Shown: positions 40,129-49,477, counted from the stretch's first letter. The stretch is DNA of 64,000 nucleotides from Gammaproteobacteria bacterium (GCA_016195665.1 JACPZD010000001.1:282848-346847), one strand, 5' to 3'. The notes: generated from the sequence alone by a model not told the origin. Numbers and translations are program-made.

Positions 40129-40236
40129 ATGCCTGCATCCATGATTATTCCGATCATTATTTTCGGCGGCTTTATCTTGCTTGCTATCGCGATCACCAAC
40201 GTCGCGCTGAAGAATCTCACCCCGCCCAGAAAGTAA
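40129..40236 (+). CDS. Hypothetical 35-aa single-TM microprotein
   Basis: AGGAG RBS 7 nt upstream of ATG; MPASMIIPIIIFGGFILLAIAITNVALKNLTPPRK. Lies upstream of the CcoN-C-terminal-like gene. Confidence 0.35.
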   Translation: MPASMIIPIIIFGGFILLAIAITNVALKNLTPPRK

Positions 40237-40351
40237 ATCGCGTAGGTCAGGCTGCGCAAGCCCAACCCCGCCCGTCGCGTTGCTTCGCAACGCGGCTTAT
40301 CCCTGAGCTACCGGCAGGCTAGAGCACCCCTGTCCGGTAGCTGTTGCCAAC

Positions 40352-40873
40352 ATGTCCGTAATGCACAAATCGCCCCCCCATCCACTTATAAAGTTCGTCG
40401 TGATGTCGGCCGTGTTCTTTCTTGTCGGCACCGTACACGGCGTGCTGCAGGTGATACACCCGATTCGCGTCTGGCTGGACTCCATCGGCAGCCCCTACGG
40501 CGGACCCGGCCACATGATAGACCCGCTCGCCCACGCCCATATCAACATGGTCGGCGGCGTGGTGCTGCTGGTGATGGCTGCAAGCTATTATTTACTCCCC
40601 GTGTTGTCCAACCGTCCGCTCTATTCCCTGCGGCTGGTGAATCACACCTTCTGGTGGGTCAGCCTCGGGGTGACCGGTTTTTACAGCACGCTGCTGTTCT
40701 TCGGCATCTGGGAAGGTTTTTTGTATCTCGAGCATCCCGCAAAGGTGGAAGAGGCCCATCGTTATTACCCGCCCGTCATCGCGGCGGTTTCCACCGTGAT
40801 GGGTATTGGTTTTTGGTGTTATTTCGCCAATATCTTCTTGACGGCCAGGGATATCTATAAAAGCCGTCCATGA
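40352..40873 (+). CDS. Stand-alone heme-copper oxidase subunit I C-terminal-domain-like membrane protein (paralog 1)
   Basis: 173 aa with 4-5 TM helices. HAHINMVGG...LYSLRLVNHTFWW...ANIFLTARDIY aligns to the last roughly 120 aa of CcoN 51609-53018 (HAHLALLGF...LYSLALANFHFWM...YNMYMTAREGT). That region includes the helix-X HxH heme-ligand motif. Confidence 0.6.
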   Translation: MSVMHKSPPHPLIKFVVMSAVFFLVGTVHGVLQVIHPIRVWLDSIGSPYGGPGHMIDPLAHAHINMVGGVVLLVMAASYYLLPVLSNRPLYSLRLVNHTFWWVSLGVTGFYSTLLFFGIWEGFLYLEHPAKVEEAHRYYPPVIAAVSTVMGIGFWCYFANIFLTARDIYKSRP

Positions 40874-41388
40874 GGCTTGAGTGCAACTGCCCCGGGAGCT
40901 TCCCCGGCTGGCACGATCAGGACATCAATCTAGCCGGACAACTAGTGCATACGGTGTCCGCACCGATGTTTCTACACATGCCGATGGGTTACGAACTGCA
41001 GGTAAAGCGGCAGCAGCAGACGCTGGAACGCCTCAACCTCACCGAACGCTGGCCCGGCTTGGTGCTGATGCGCACCGGCCTGTTGCGCGGAAAGCTCCTG
41101 CGGCTGCTGGAACCCGCGACCTCACCCGCGCGCGGACTGGAGTATCTTCCCAACCCTTTTCAGGTGCGCGGATTTTTACATGAGGGCGGTATCGGCAGCC
41201 TTGCACTAAGCGTGCGCCGGATGCAAAGTGCCCTGGTGCAATCGGGGAAACGGCCGCTGGAGTTGTACCTCAGTCATCTCACCTGCCCGCGCTGCGCGGC
41301 GGCGCGAGGCGGCGAAAAGATTTTATTGCTGCGCCACTGGGTGGAAAGCCCGGCGTTGCTAAAGCGGGTGAACCGGAAGGCGCGCTAG
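40870..41388 (+). CDS. Hypothetical protein (172 aa), translationally coupled to the CcoN-C-terminal-like gene
   Basis: ATGA overlap with the upstream gene; contains a CPRC motif. Family not recognised. Confidence 0.45.
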   Translation: MRLECNCPGSFPGWHDQDINLAGQLVHTVSAPMFLHMPMGYELQVKRQQQTLERLNLTERWPGLVLMRTGLLRGKLLRLLEPATSPARGLEYLPNPFQVRGFLHEGGIGSLALSVRRMQSALVQSGKRPLELYLSHLTCPRCAAARGGEKILLLRHWVESPALLKRVNRKAR

Positions 41389-41399
41389 GCGTTAGCCGT

Positions 41400-41487
41400 A
41401 ACCCGCCGAAGACGCTTCACCGCAGAGGACACGGAGGGGAAGCAAACCAGTATTTTATCGTATTCCTCCGCGTCCTCTGCGGTAAAA
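41400..41487. repeat. Palindromic MITE/REP-like element, copy 2 (family A)
   Basis: GCTTCACCGCAGAGGACACGGAGG...TTCCTCCGCGTCCTCTGCGGTAAAA. Near-perfect inverted repeat arms shared with the 13365-13480 copy, at a convergent gene junction. Confidence 0.6.
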
Positions 41488-41500
41488 ATGGCTTCTATGC

Positions 41501-41887
41501 TCAGTTTGACGTTGCCGCAGCTCGCGGCAACGGATAGCGCAACACCGTTTCATCCGCACCATGCTTAAGCCGTACCTGCAGGGTCTGCGGCCCATCCCCC
41601 ACGTTCAGCGCACGGCGGTATACCCCGGTATGGCCGTCCTGGATGGACTGCACCCACGGATCTGCGTCACTCATGCGGATAGACACCAACAGATCGTGCG
41701 CGGCGCGGCGCGGCGGGCGCGTCCCCGACACCAGAAATTCATTCATCCCCACCACCACCGGAGCTGGGCGCGTCTCCACCCCGATCACGACATCTTGCCA
41801 GCGTTGTACAGGTAACCGTGATTCATCAGTCCCGCAGGCCACGGCGCACACGGATAATAGCGCCATGACTAACGATCTTACAGCCAT
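41501..41887 (-). CDS. FixH-like periplasmic lipoprotein (CcoH/FixH-domain candidate)
   Basis: Lipobox-like LLSVCAVACG and a small periplasmic beta domain. Position downstream of ccoG. Confidence 0.4.
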   Translation of the reverse strand: MAVRSLVMALLSVCAVACGTDESRLPVQRWQDVVIGVETRPAPVVVGMNEFLVSGTRPPRRAAHDLLVSIRMSDADPWVQSIQDGHTGVYRRALNVGDGPQTLQVRLKHGADETVLRYPLPRAAATSN

Positions 41888-41905
41888 AGGGCGCGGCTAA
41901 TAGTT

Positions 41906-41966
41906 TGTTGAAAAAGGCCATCCTGGGCCTTTTTCAACACGCAAGCTGTTTTTCAACAGCCTGCTA
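41906..41966. repeat. Repeat family B hairpins (copy 2)
   Basis: GTTGAAAAAGGCC-ATCCT-GGGCCTTTTTCAAC then CACGCAAGCTGTTTTTCAACAGCCTGCTA; same units as 28979-29127. Confidence 0.5.
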
Positions 41967-42377
41967 ATCGTTTTTCTCATCGTCGTCCTTGGATTTATCA
42001 CTATCCAGTTTACCCGCACGCTTGGAGCCGTACATGTTGACCATGTAGTATACAAATGCAAATCCCGCCGCAATGTACACCAGGGCCGCGGCGAAGCCCC
42101 AGTCGAACCACGGGCGCGGATGTCCGGGACGGTCTCCCCAAAACGGAAAACTCAAACCCACGGCAATCAGCGTAACGACAACGACCACCGCGACAAACCA
42201 ATACGGGAGATTGCGCTGCGACTCGGGGATTTTCTCGACCAGCTCCCAGTCTTCCAGGCCACGCTTCATGCGGCGTTCCTCGTCCGAGGCATAACCGTAA
42301 TGATCCGGCTTCTCGACGCCCCAATCGGGGGTCCCCGGTTCACTCCCGTTTTTTTCCTCATCCTGCTGCATAGTCAT
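41964..42377 (-). CDS. Hypothetical two-TM membrane protein with acidic termini, downstream of ccoG
   Basis: Two hydrophobic helices (WFVAVVVVVTLIAVGL; AAALVYIAAGFAFVYYMV). Overlaps the ccoG stop by 4 bp. Confidence 0.45.
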   Translation of the reverse strand: MTMQQDEEKNGSEPGTPDWGVEKPDHYGYASDEERRMKRGLEDWELVEKIPESQRNLPYWFVAVVVVVTLIAVGLSFPFWGDRPGHPRPWFDWGFAAALVYIAAGFAFVYYMVNMYGSKRAGKLDSDKSKDDDEKND

Positions 42378-43723
42378 CGTCCATCGCTACTGACAAAATG
42401 CTGTACTCGATAGCTCGCGCGCCAGCCATCTTGAGCCTCTACTTTTACGACAACGGGATACAGCCCCTTGGGTAGCACTTTACCAATGTGCAGATTGAGG
42501 TCCTTGCGTCCGACCGTAGTAAAACCCATTTCACTTCCAGACAATTGATAGCTCGCCGCGGGCAGGCCTTCTACCCGCACCTTCAACAGCGCTTCTTTAT
42601 ACAGTTTGTTGGCAAGACCGATACGGTAGTCCTGTATCGTTCCCTGATTGGTGTCCGCGCGGTAAACGCTGAGGTGGTAGGGCTGATAGCTCAGCAGCCC
42701 CCACGCGAACATCGCTGCGCCCATCACCGTGAGCGGCAGGCTCCACGAAAAACGCCCGAGCAGCGTGCCGAGATTGCTCTTGAGATTACTGCCCTGTTGA
42801 ATTGCGAGTCCTACCAGCTTTGACACCTTGCGTTCGCCAAACTCGAAACTCAACAGCCCGGGCTCACCGTTGCGATATTGCAGCGAGTCGCAGGCGCTGA
42901 TACACGCACCGCAGTTGATGCAACTGTCGTAGGTGCTGGTATTGCGCGGGTCTATCTCCACGGGACACACGGTAAGACAAAAGTTGCAACTCGCGCAGCG
43001 TTCGCCGCGCGCGTCGTCACAGGCGATATGCAGCGTTTGACGGGTCTTGAAGGAGTGCTGCCAAACCCGGTAGATGCACATGAAGCGGCAAAAGAAGTAG
43101 CGCACCACGGCGATGTCCACCAGAATAATCAGCACAAACACCGTGTAAATCCAGTGCAGCGAAGAGGCGAGGCGCGCATCGTCACGCAAGGTGATGAACG
43201 ACAAAACCACGTCGGGCGGATAAAAATACAGCAGAGGGATCAAGGCGAGCAGCAGCGACCCCGCCAGAAACAGGCCGCCCAGCATCAGCCAGTTAATCCA
43301 TTTTTTCTTGCCGGCGGAAACGTGCATCAACTCGCCGGTGAGACTCACCTCGGCGCGTTTGCCCAAAAACCTCTGGGTCATGCGGTTGGCCCACTCGGAG
43401 AAGGTGTTTTGCGGACACACCCAGCCGCAGAAGGCGGTCCCAAGCGTGGAATAGGTCATAACCAGCATACTCGAAACCGCCAGCCAAAACCCCACCACGA
43501 TGAAAAAATCTGAAAACCAGATCTGCCGGTCCAGCACCACAAAGGCGCCGGCGGCGGGGTCTATGCGAAACAGACCGGTGACGGGGATCAATATGGCGGC
43601 CAGCAGCGCCCCCCACTGCACGGCGCGCCGGTAACGGCGCAAACGCACACCGTCGGAGGCGGGACGCCCTGTCTCGACCGTCACCTTGATGCGGTTTAAT
43701 GCCTGGTTGGCGCTTACACTCAT
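42374..43723 (-). CDS. ccoG: cbb3 oxidase accessory protein CcoG/FixG (polyferredoxin membrane protein)
   Basis: 5 TM helices and two ferredoxin-type motifs (CASCNFCLTVCP; CINCGACISAC) followed by an Ig-like C-terminal domain, about 450 aa. Confidence 0.85.
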   Translation of the reverse strand: MSVSANQALNRIKVTVETGRPASDGVRLRRYRRAVQWGALLAAILIPVTGLFRIDPAAGAFVVLDRQIWFSDFFIVVGFWLAVSSMLVMTYSTLGTAFCGWVCPQNTFSEWANRMTQRFLGKRAEVSLTGELMHVSAGKKKWINWLMLGGLFLAGSLLLALIPLLYFYPPDVVLSFITLRDDARLASSLHWIYTVFVLIILVDIAVVRYFFCRFMCIYRVWQHSFKTRQTLHIACDDARGERCASCNFCLTVCPVEIDPRNTSTYDSCINCGACISACDSLQYRNGEPGLLSFEFGERKVSKLVGLAIQQGSNLKSNLGTLLGRFSWSLPLTVMGAAMFAWGLLSYQPYHLSVYRADTNQGTIQDYRIGLANKLYKEALLKVRVEGLPAASYQLSGSEMGFTTVGRKDLNLHIGKVLPKGLYPVVVKVEAQDGWRASYRVQHFVSSDGR

Positions 43724-43755
43724 AGCAATGCTATTTTAACATACGCCTTAACTGC

Positions 43756-43870
43756 CAGTGAGGCGTAAGGCGTGAGGAGTGAGGTGTATAAAACCGCTTC
43801 CCTCACGCCTCACTCCTCACCCCTCACTTGTTGTAACGCCTCACTCCTCACCGGTTTTCACCCTCACTCC
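43756..43870. repeat. GGTGAGG/CCTCACC heptamer inverted tandem repeat (family C), copy 2
   Basis: GTGAGGCGTAAGGCGTGAGGAGTGAGGTG ... CCTCACGCCTCACTCCTCACCCCTCAC ... CCTCACTCCTCACC. Overlaps the 3' end of the MFS/spermidine-synthase gene. Confidence 0.6.
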
Positions 43871-46591
43871 CCTGTCGAGCGGGCTGACGGCGGTCAGTTG
43901 CGAGCGGTAGCGCTCCGCCTCGGCCGCGTTACCCGCCTCTCGTTCGAGCCGCCACAAGGCGCGCAGCGTCTCGACATGATCGGGACGCAGCTTGAGTATC
44001 GCCTGCAAGGCGGCACGCCTGTCTCTGCCCTTGGCAAGGACCTGCGGCAGCGAGGCATACATCGCATCGGCCAGCGCAAAGGCAATCCAGCGGTCACGGG
44101 GATTCGCCTCATAAGCAAGACGCAGCAACCGCGCACCCTCGTCACTGCCGCGTAGCGTCGCAAGCCAGCCGCGCGTGGCCAACTCATTTCCCGCGTAGCT
44201 GCGCTCAAACTCGGCCATATCTGACATCGCGATATGCATCTCACTCGCGGCCTGTTCCAGTGTCGGGCGTTGTCGCAGCAATTCCTCTATAATGTTTACA
44301 AGATCCATTTCTCCGCTGTAACGGGCACGGGGCAGGCTATACTCAATGCGTGGAGCCCATTCGTCTTGCACCGGGCCGGTTTCGGCGTTTATTCGCCCCC
44401 AGTAACGGCCCAGCCAGGTCCACGCGCCTTCACCGCCGGTCACCCGCGACTGTGTTTCGGTATTCATACGGTTGAGGTTGGCGAGCATGGCCGGCGCACC
44501 ACCTATCGCCTCTGTTGCGCCAACCAGCGCCAGGCGAAATCCGTCCATGAAGATCACGGCGTCCGGATACACGCGCGCGAAGCTGCGCAGCACCACGGCA
44601 AGCGACCCGGCGTCGAACTGATTGAGCGCGATCCATTGTACAAACAGACCGCCCTCATTGAGGCGTGCCTTGGCACGGGCGAACTGCTGTACCGAGAGCA
44701 GCGTGCTGTGACCGACCAGATCGGGGTGAAACAAGTCGCCGACGATGACATCGTAATGCCCGCTGCCGGCGCGCAAAAAACGCCGCGCATCATCGCGCAC
44801 GATGCGGGTAGCGGCAGCGACGCCTTGATTGAGAGGCGCAAACCAGGGCATGGCCTCTATCACCCCCTGAGACACTTCCACGGCGGTGCGTTGCAGATCC
44901 GGAAACGGCAGGGAACCGGACGCCGAGATACCCGTGCCCAAACCGAGAAACAGCACGCTGCGCGGCGCGGGGTGCAGCAACAGCGGCAGCCGCGCCTGGT
45001 TTTGCTGCACGATCACAGCGGCCTGATCGGTCGCCGCATCCATGCGCTGCATGTCGGTCAGCAAGACGCGCTGACCATCGGCGCGTTCCACGACCTGAGT
45101 GATGGAGAGCGCATCCTCGTGACGATACACGTCATGACTCCCCGCCTGCGCCTTGGGCAACAGTTTTGCAATCTCCGGTAACTCCCGCACCGGCCAACCC
45201 AATACTGCGAGTGTGAAAAATCCCGTTGCTACTACAACAGCTTTTAGAGCAGAGCCTCTGACCCACACCAGGCCGCACACCAGCAGCACCGATGCAGCGA
45301 TCAGCAGCGTGCCGGGCGCGCCGAACGCCGGGATCAACACCCCGCCTGCGAGCAGCGCGCCCAGCGCCCCGCCCAGTGCGTTGACGCCATACAACCACGC
45401 GCCGCTTTGTACTACCCACGAATCTGCGACCGAAGGGCGCTCTGACTCCCCTTCTCCCGCTGGGAGAAGGTGGCCCGAAGGGCCGGATGAGGGAGAGACC
45501 GCACAGTTCATGGACATCGTTCGCGACATCGAGGTCGTGCGGTCTCGTCCGGCGCGCGCGCTGATGAGCGGCAGCCACGCGCCCAACGCAAGGGTTACCG
45601 GCAGGGTGAGTGCGGTCAACGCGAGCCCTTGCAGGGTAAGCGCCTGGAGTAGTGAGTCAAACCGACCCTGCTCCGCCCAAGCCGAGATGATGGGCACTCC
45701 CCATAAACTGGTGACTGAAAACAGCACGGCGATGACGGGTAGGGAACTCAACCAGAACCTGTCCCTCATATACCTTGCGAGCAGGCTGCCCAAACCTATG
45801 CCGAGCAAAAATATAGCGAGGATCAGCGCCATAACATACTCGGTGCGCAGCAGAATCATGCCGAACAAGCGTATCCAAGCGATTTCCAGCATCAGAGCCG
45901 CAGCGCCCACACCTGAATAGGCCAACAAGGTTAATAAATCGGGGCGGGCGTCTGTTGTCACACCTTGCGGCGAGCTACGCGCCGGTGCGACGGTGGAGAG
46001 TAGCCCTGCTCCCAGCGCAATCAGCAGTCCTATCGACGCAACGACGTCTATCGCCTGAGCCCAGCCCCAAGCCGGTAACAGCCAAAGCGGTAACAAGGCG
46101 CCCGCGACACCGCCGCAGGTGTTCGCCCCGTAGATCTCGGCGAGTGTCAGCGGAGTGGGCGCCAAGACCTTGAGCATCAGCGGGAAGGTAACGCCCATCG
46201 CCAGAGCAGGAAGCGCCAGCACCAGCAGCGTCACCGCACCCTGCAGCAGGTACCAGCCGTTCAGGTCTAGCTGCACGGCGAGACTGCCGGCTGTGCCGTC
46301 TAGCAGACGCAGTAATTGCGGCAAGGCGAGCGCGAACAGCGCGACGCCCCCTTCCAGCACGGCAACCACGCGGAGTGGATTGCGCAACCTCAAGGATAAC
46401 CGCTCGCCCAGCACGCTCCCAAAACCGAGCCCCAGCATGAACGCCGCCACCGTAACGACGACGCCGAAGATGCTCACCCCGAATTGCACCGTCAACATGC
46501 GCGCCCACAACACTTCGTAAGCGATGCCTGTCATGCCGGAGAAGGCGTAAAGGATCAGTAAGGCCCAAGGCCAGACGCGAGTAGCACGCAT
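43841..46591 (-). CDS. Fused MFS-like membrane domain / spermidine synthase-like (PABS) domain protein with C-terminal TPR repeats
   Basis: About 12 N-terminal TM helices, a central spermidine-synthase-like Rossmann region (VLFLGLGTGISAS...VIVGDLFHPD), and a C-terminal TPR-like helical repeat region. 916 aa. Confidence 0.7.
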   Translation of the reverse strand: MRATRVWPWALLILYAFSGMTGIAYEVLWARMLTVQFGVSIFGVVVTVAAFMLGLGFGSVLGERLSLRLRNPLRVVAVLEGGVALFALALPQLLRLLDGTAGSLAVQLDLNGWYLLQGAVTLLVLALPALAMGVTFPLMLKVLAPTPLTLAEIYGANTCGGVAGALLPLWLLPAWGWAQAIDVVASIGLLIALGAGLLSTVAPARSSPQGVTTDARPDLLTLLAYSGVGAAALMLEIAWIRLFGMILLRTEYVMALILAIFLLGIGLGSLLARYMRDRFWLSSLPVIAVLFSVTSLWGVPIISAWAEQGRFDSLLQALTLQGLALTALTLPVTLALGAWLPLISARAGRDRTTSMSRTMSMNCAVSPSSGPSGHLLPAGEGESERPSVADSWVVQSGAWLYGVNALGGALGALLAGGVLIPAFGAPGTLLIAASVLLVCGLVWVRGSALKAVVVATGFFTLAVLGWPVRELPEIAKLLPKAQAGSHDVYRHEDALSITQVVERADGQRVLLTDMQRMDAATDQAAVIVQQNQARLPLLLHPAPRSVLFLGLGTGISASGSLPFPDLQRTAVEVSQGVIEAMPWFAPLNQGVAAATRIVRDDARRFLRAGSGHYDVIVGDLFHPDLVGHSTLLSVQQFARAKARLNEGGLFVQWIALNQFDAGSLAVVLRSFARVYPDAVIFMDGFRLALVGATEAIGGAPAMLANLNRMNTETQSRVTGGEGAWTWLGRYWGRINAETGPVQDEWAPRIEYSLPRARYSGEMDLVNIIEELLRQRPTLEQAASEMHIAMSDMAEFERSYAGNELATRGWLATLRGSDEGARLLRLAYEANPRDRWIAFALADAMYASLPQVLAKGRDRRAALQAILKLRPDHVETLRALWRLEREAGNAAEAERYRSQLTAVSPLDRGVRVKTGEE

Positions 46592-46686
46592 TTATATTTG
46601 GAGACCGAGTTGGCCAGGAAGGGTGTGAATTTGTCTCACCTACTTACGACCGAATTCATTCGGCCTGCAGCTCTCGCTCACAAAAC

Positions 46687-47049
46687 TCAAAACGGATAAA
46701 ACCACACAATCGCCACCACCGCATGCACGATCGCCAGCGTCACGCTGATACCCGCCATCACCATGTGAGGGATAAAAACCTGCTTTCCATACAACGCCAT
46801 GGCGATGCCCAGACCCGCCGTCGTCAATATACTGATAAGCAGCGCCAGCCCCATCAAGAACAGGATCTGGTGTTTCTTTCTCGTCTCCGCCTGCTGCTTT
46901 TCTAGCTGGCCTAGTTTGGCCCGATCCTCTTGCTGCACAAACTCCTGAATTACTGCCTCATTACTTCGATCTGCGGCCAATGCCCGGTCGAGCGGGGATA
47001 GCGGACATAACAACGCTGCAATCAACGGCAACGACCAAGTGCTCCTCAT
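46687..47049 (-). CDS. Hypothetical secreted/membrane protein (120 aa)
   Basis: N-terminal signal peptide, coiled segment, two C-terminal TM helices. Confidence 0.4.
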   Translation of the reverse strand: MRSTWSLPLIAALLCPLSPLDRALAADRSNEAVIQEFVQQEDRAKLGQLEKQQAETRKKHQILFLMGLALLISILTTAGLGIAMALYGKQVFIPHMVMAGISVTLAIVHAVVAIVWFYPF

Positions 47050-47058
47050 GCGCTCAGA

Positions 47059-47271
47059 TCACTCGTCACGGTCGGACTCTGCACTCGACGCGCGCTTCGC
47101 GTTGCGCCAATACAACCATGCAGCAAGGCCGATGGGCGCGAGCACGCCGGGAACCAAAAACAAGAAGATGTACCATAAGGTATCAATCGTAACATGCAGA
47201 TAGCGGTAACTATCGAGGGCATAGGCCGCTCCCGGCGTGAGCAGCCCGCAGTATAAGGCAAACTTTTTCAT
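47059..47271 (-). CDS. Hypothetical small membrane protein (70 aa)
   Basis: Signal-like N-terminus plus TM helix LWYIFLFLVPGVLAPIGLAAWLYW. Confidence 0.35.
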   Translation of the reverse strand: MKKFALYCGLLTPGAAYALDSYRYLHVTIDTLWYIFLFLVPGVLAPIGLAAWLYWRNAKRASSAESDRDE

Positions 47272-47280
47272 GGATCCTGT

Positions 47281-48333
47281 CTAGGGCGCGCTTTGCACGC
47301 AACGAAAACCATAAAAATCCGAGGCGTAATTCGGCAGTGAGTAGTTGCGGTGGTAGGCCGCCGTAGAAAACGGATCACTCTTCCACGACCCGCCGCGCAT
47401 AACCTTGTAGCGCTGATCCGTCACTACCAGGTCTACTACCTTAAGGCTGCGGTCTTCCGCTGAGGTCGCCTTACCGCGCTTGGCCTTGAACAAATCCTCC
47501 GGCGCGGTGCTCCCGGGATACGGCACAAAATCATCCGCCGTCCACTCACTGATATTGCCGGCGAGATCCATCACCCCAAACGGGCTCGCGCCCCGCGGAT
47601 ATGCAGTGACCGGCGTGGTCGCCCCCACGTTGTAGTAAGTATTAAGCCGTGTCCCGTCCATTTCGTTACCCCAGGGCCAGCGCCGTCCGTCCGCCCCGCG
47701 CGCGGCCTTTTCCCACTCCGCTTCGGTCGGCAGGCGCTTGCCCGCCCACTGCGCGTATTTTTCGGCATCATGCCACGACACCATCGTCACCGGGTGCAAC
47801 TCCTTACCCTTGGGGATCATCCCCCCCACCCAGTTTTCCGGTGGGCGATGCCCGGTCGCGACTACAAAGCGGGCATATTGCGCATTCGTCACCGGGTACT
47901 TGTCAATGCGATAGGCAGGCAGCGTCACGCTGTGTTGCGGCCGGTTTTGCTCGTCGGCGCGCTCGTTGTCGGTACCCATGATGAACGGCCCTGCCGGAAT
48001 GAGCAGCGTCGTATCCACTTCAGCCCATTGCGCCGGAGTAAGCAATTGCTCGACTTGTTCAGGCGTGTACAGCCCGACCGCCACTTTCGCCTCACCGGTG
48101 CGCCGCATGGCGTCCTCACCCGCCGCGCGAATGCGCGTGGCTTCTTGCTTCAAGTCGTACGTCGCCTTGCCTCGCATCTCGGCCATGCGGTTGGCGCCGA
48201 GCTGGATTACATGAATACTCCCGCCTATCATGGCCAGCGCCACGCAGGTCACTAAGGTGGCTATCAGATAACGCTTGCGCTTCGCGCGCTCCGCCGCTGT
48301 CAGCGCGGGTCTGCCGGGTAATGTCGTACTCAT
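47281..48333 (-). CDS. Formylglycine-generating-enzyme (FGE/SUMF1) domain protein, membrane anchored (NirV-like)
   Basis: N-terminal TM helix and an FGE-sulfatase domain ending RGGSWKSDPFSTAAYHRNYSLPNYASDFYGFRCV. Confidence 0.8.
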   Translation of the reverse strand: MSTTLPGRPALTAAERAKRKRYLIATLVTCVALAMIGGSIHVIQLGANRMAEMRGKATYDLKQEATRIRAAGEDAMRRTGEAKVAVGLYTPEQVEQLLTPAQWAEVDTTLLIPAGPFIMGTDNERADEQNRPQHSVTLPAYRIDKYPVTNAQYARFVVATGHRPPENWVGGMIPKGKELHPVTMVSWHDAEKYAQWAGKRLPTEAEWEKAARGADGRRWPWGNEMDGTRLNTYYNVGATTPVTAYPRGASPFGVMDLAGNISEWTADDFVPYPGSTAPEDLFKAKRGKATSAEDRSLKVVDLVVTDQRYKVMRGGSWKSDPFSTAAYHRNYSLPNYASDFYGFRCVQSAP

Positions 48334-48346
48334 AACGCCAACCCAA

Positions 48347-48835
48347 TCAAGGCTGGTAGGGCTTGCCGGTCAGCTTTTCGTACTCGGCCTTACGGGTTTC
48401 CACCAGATACCAGTCCTTCACCTTCAGGCTCGCCATATAAGCGGCGAGCGTACGCCTGTCCTGTTCAGGCAGGTGCGCGTAGGAGGGCATACGGTATTGT
48501 TTTTTGAGGCGAGAGGGCAAGATCGTCTGCGGGTCGGGCGCGGAGAAATAGACGTAAAACCACGCTTCATCGCGCAGCGAGCCTATCCCATCCAACGCCG
48601 GCGCGGGCACCGACTCGAACATGTTGCGCACCGTCCAGAGCGTATGGCAATTCTTGCAGCTCAGGCTGCGGTATAAATCTGAGCCCTTGCGTGCAAGTTC
48701 GGGAGTAGCGGTACTGTAAAACGGGATGCCGGGGTCCTGCTGCGCGGGCAGACCTAATTGCCACAAACCCCTGCCAACCGCATACAGTACCAGCGCGGCG
48801 ATGATCCCGAGCACCCATTTCTCACCTCCGCGCAT
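48347..48835 (-). CDS. Membrane-anchored mono-heme c-type cytochrome
   Basis: N-terminal TM helix and one CKNCH heme-binding motif. Confidence 0.7.
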   Translation of the reverse strand: MRGGEKWVLGIIAALVLYAVGRGLWQLGLPAQQDPGIPFYSTATPELARKGSDLYRSLSCKNCHTLWTVRNMFESVPAPALDGIGSLRDEAWFYVYFSAPDPQTILPSRLKKQYRMPSYAHLPEQDRRTLAAYMASLKVKDWYLVETRKAEYEKLTGKPYQP

Positions 48836-48851
48836 CGCCTGCCAGCGTCCT

Positions 48852-49100
48852 CTAGTGATGCCCGCTTAACTCCTCGCGCCGCTTAATCTGCTGCGCGATC
48901 ACTTCCCGGCTCTTGGCGTATTCCTCCGGGCTCATCCGCTCCCTGTCATCCTCCGTGAACATCACGTATTTGATGTCCTCATCGAATTGCTCATTGCGCA
49001 TCGCCCAGCGTATCCCGAACACCACAGCGATCAGAATCAGCCCGCCGACCACCAGCCACAAGTAAATCGTCCAGCCATCAACTAAAAAATCCGTATTCAT
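48852..49100 (-). CDS. CcoQ-like small subunit candidate (single TM)
   Basis: 82 aa; N-terminal DGWTIYLWLVVGGLILIAVVFGIRW TM helix and a charged tail resemble FixQ/CcoQ. Confidence 0.4.
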   Translation of the reverse strand: MNTDFLVDGWTIYLWLVVGGLILIAVVFGIRWAMRNEQFDEDIKYVMFTEDDRERMSPEEYAKSREVIAQQIKRREELSGHH

Positions 49101-49180
49101 AGTTCCATCCTCCTATCGTGAAGCCATCCCTGGCGTTACCTCAAGCTCTTCTATAAGCACCGGCCGCTTCGCGGCTCACC

Positions 49181-49477
49181 CTAAAACAGATAACCACCCA
49201 ACAACTGCAACGAACCCATGATCACCGCGACCACAATACCCAGAAATATCCAGGCAAACAGCCACTTCTCACCGGTCTTCAACCCTTTGACATTTTTCCC
49301 CGCCATAAATCCAATCACAATGGTGGAAAAAAATATGATCGCGAGCAGCATGAAGAAAAACACCCCGATGCTGAATTCCTGACTGTAAACACTATCCACC
49401 CCCCTGTCCATGGCAAGCGGATTTTGTGTCTGTACAATCATGGTCCGATTTACTGATAAATCCATAAGTAAGGCCAC
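49181..49477 (-). CDS. Hypothetical small membrane protein (98 aa, 3 TM)
   Basis: Three hydrophobic helices; sits between the CcoQ-like and CcoP-like genes. Confidence 0.4.
   Translation of the reverse strand: MALLMDLSVNRTMIVQTQNPLAMDRGVDSVYSQEFSIGVFFFMLLAIIFFSTIVIGFMAGKNVKGLKTGEKWLFAWIFLGIVVAVIMGSLQLLGGYLF

Noticed and set aside
40033-40290. 85-aa minus-strand ORF downstream of ggt
   Set aside because: It overlaps a better-supported plus-strand microprotein ORF with a strong RBS and a hairpin region, and has no start context.
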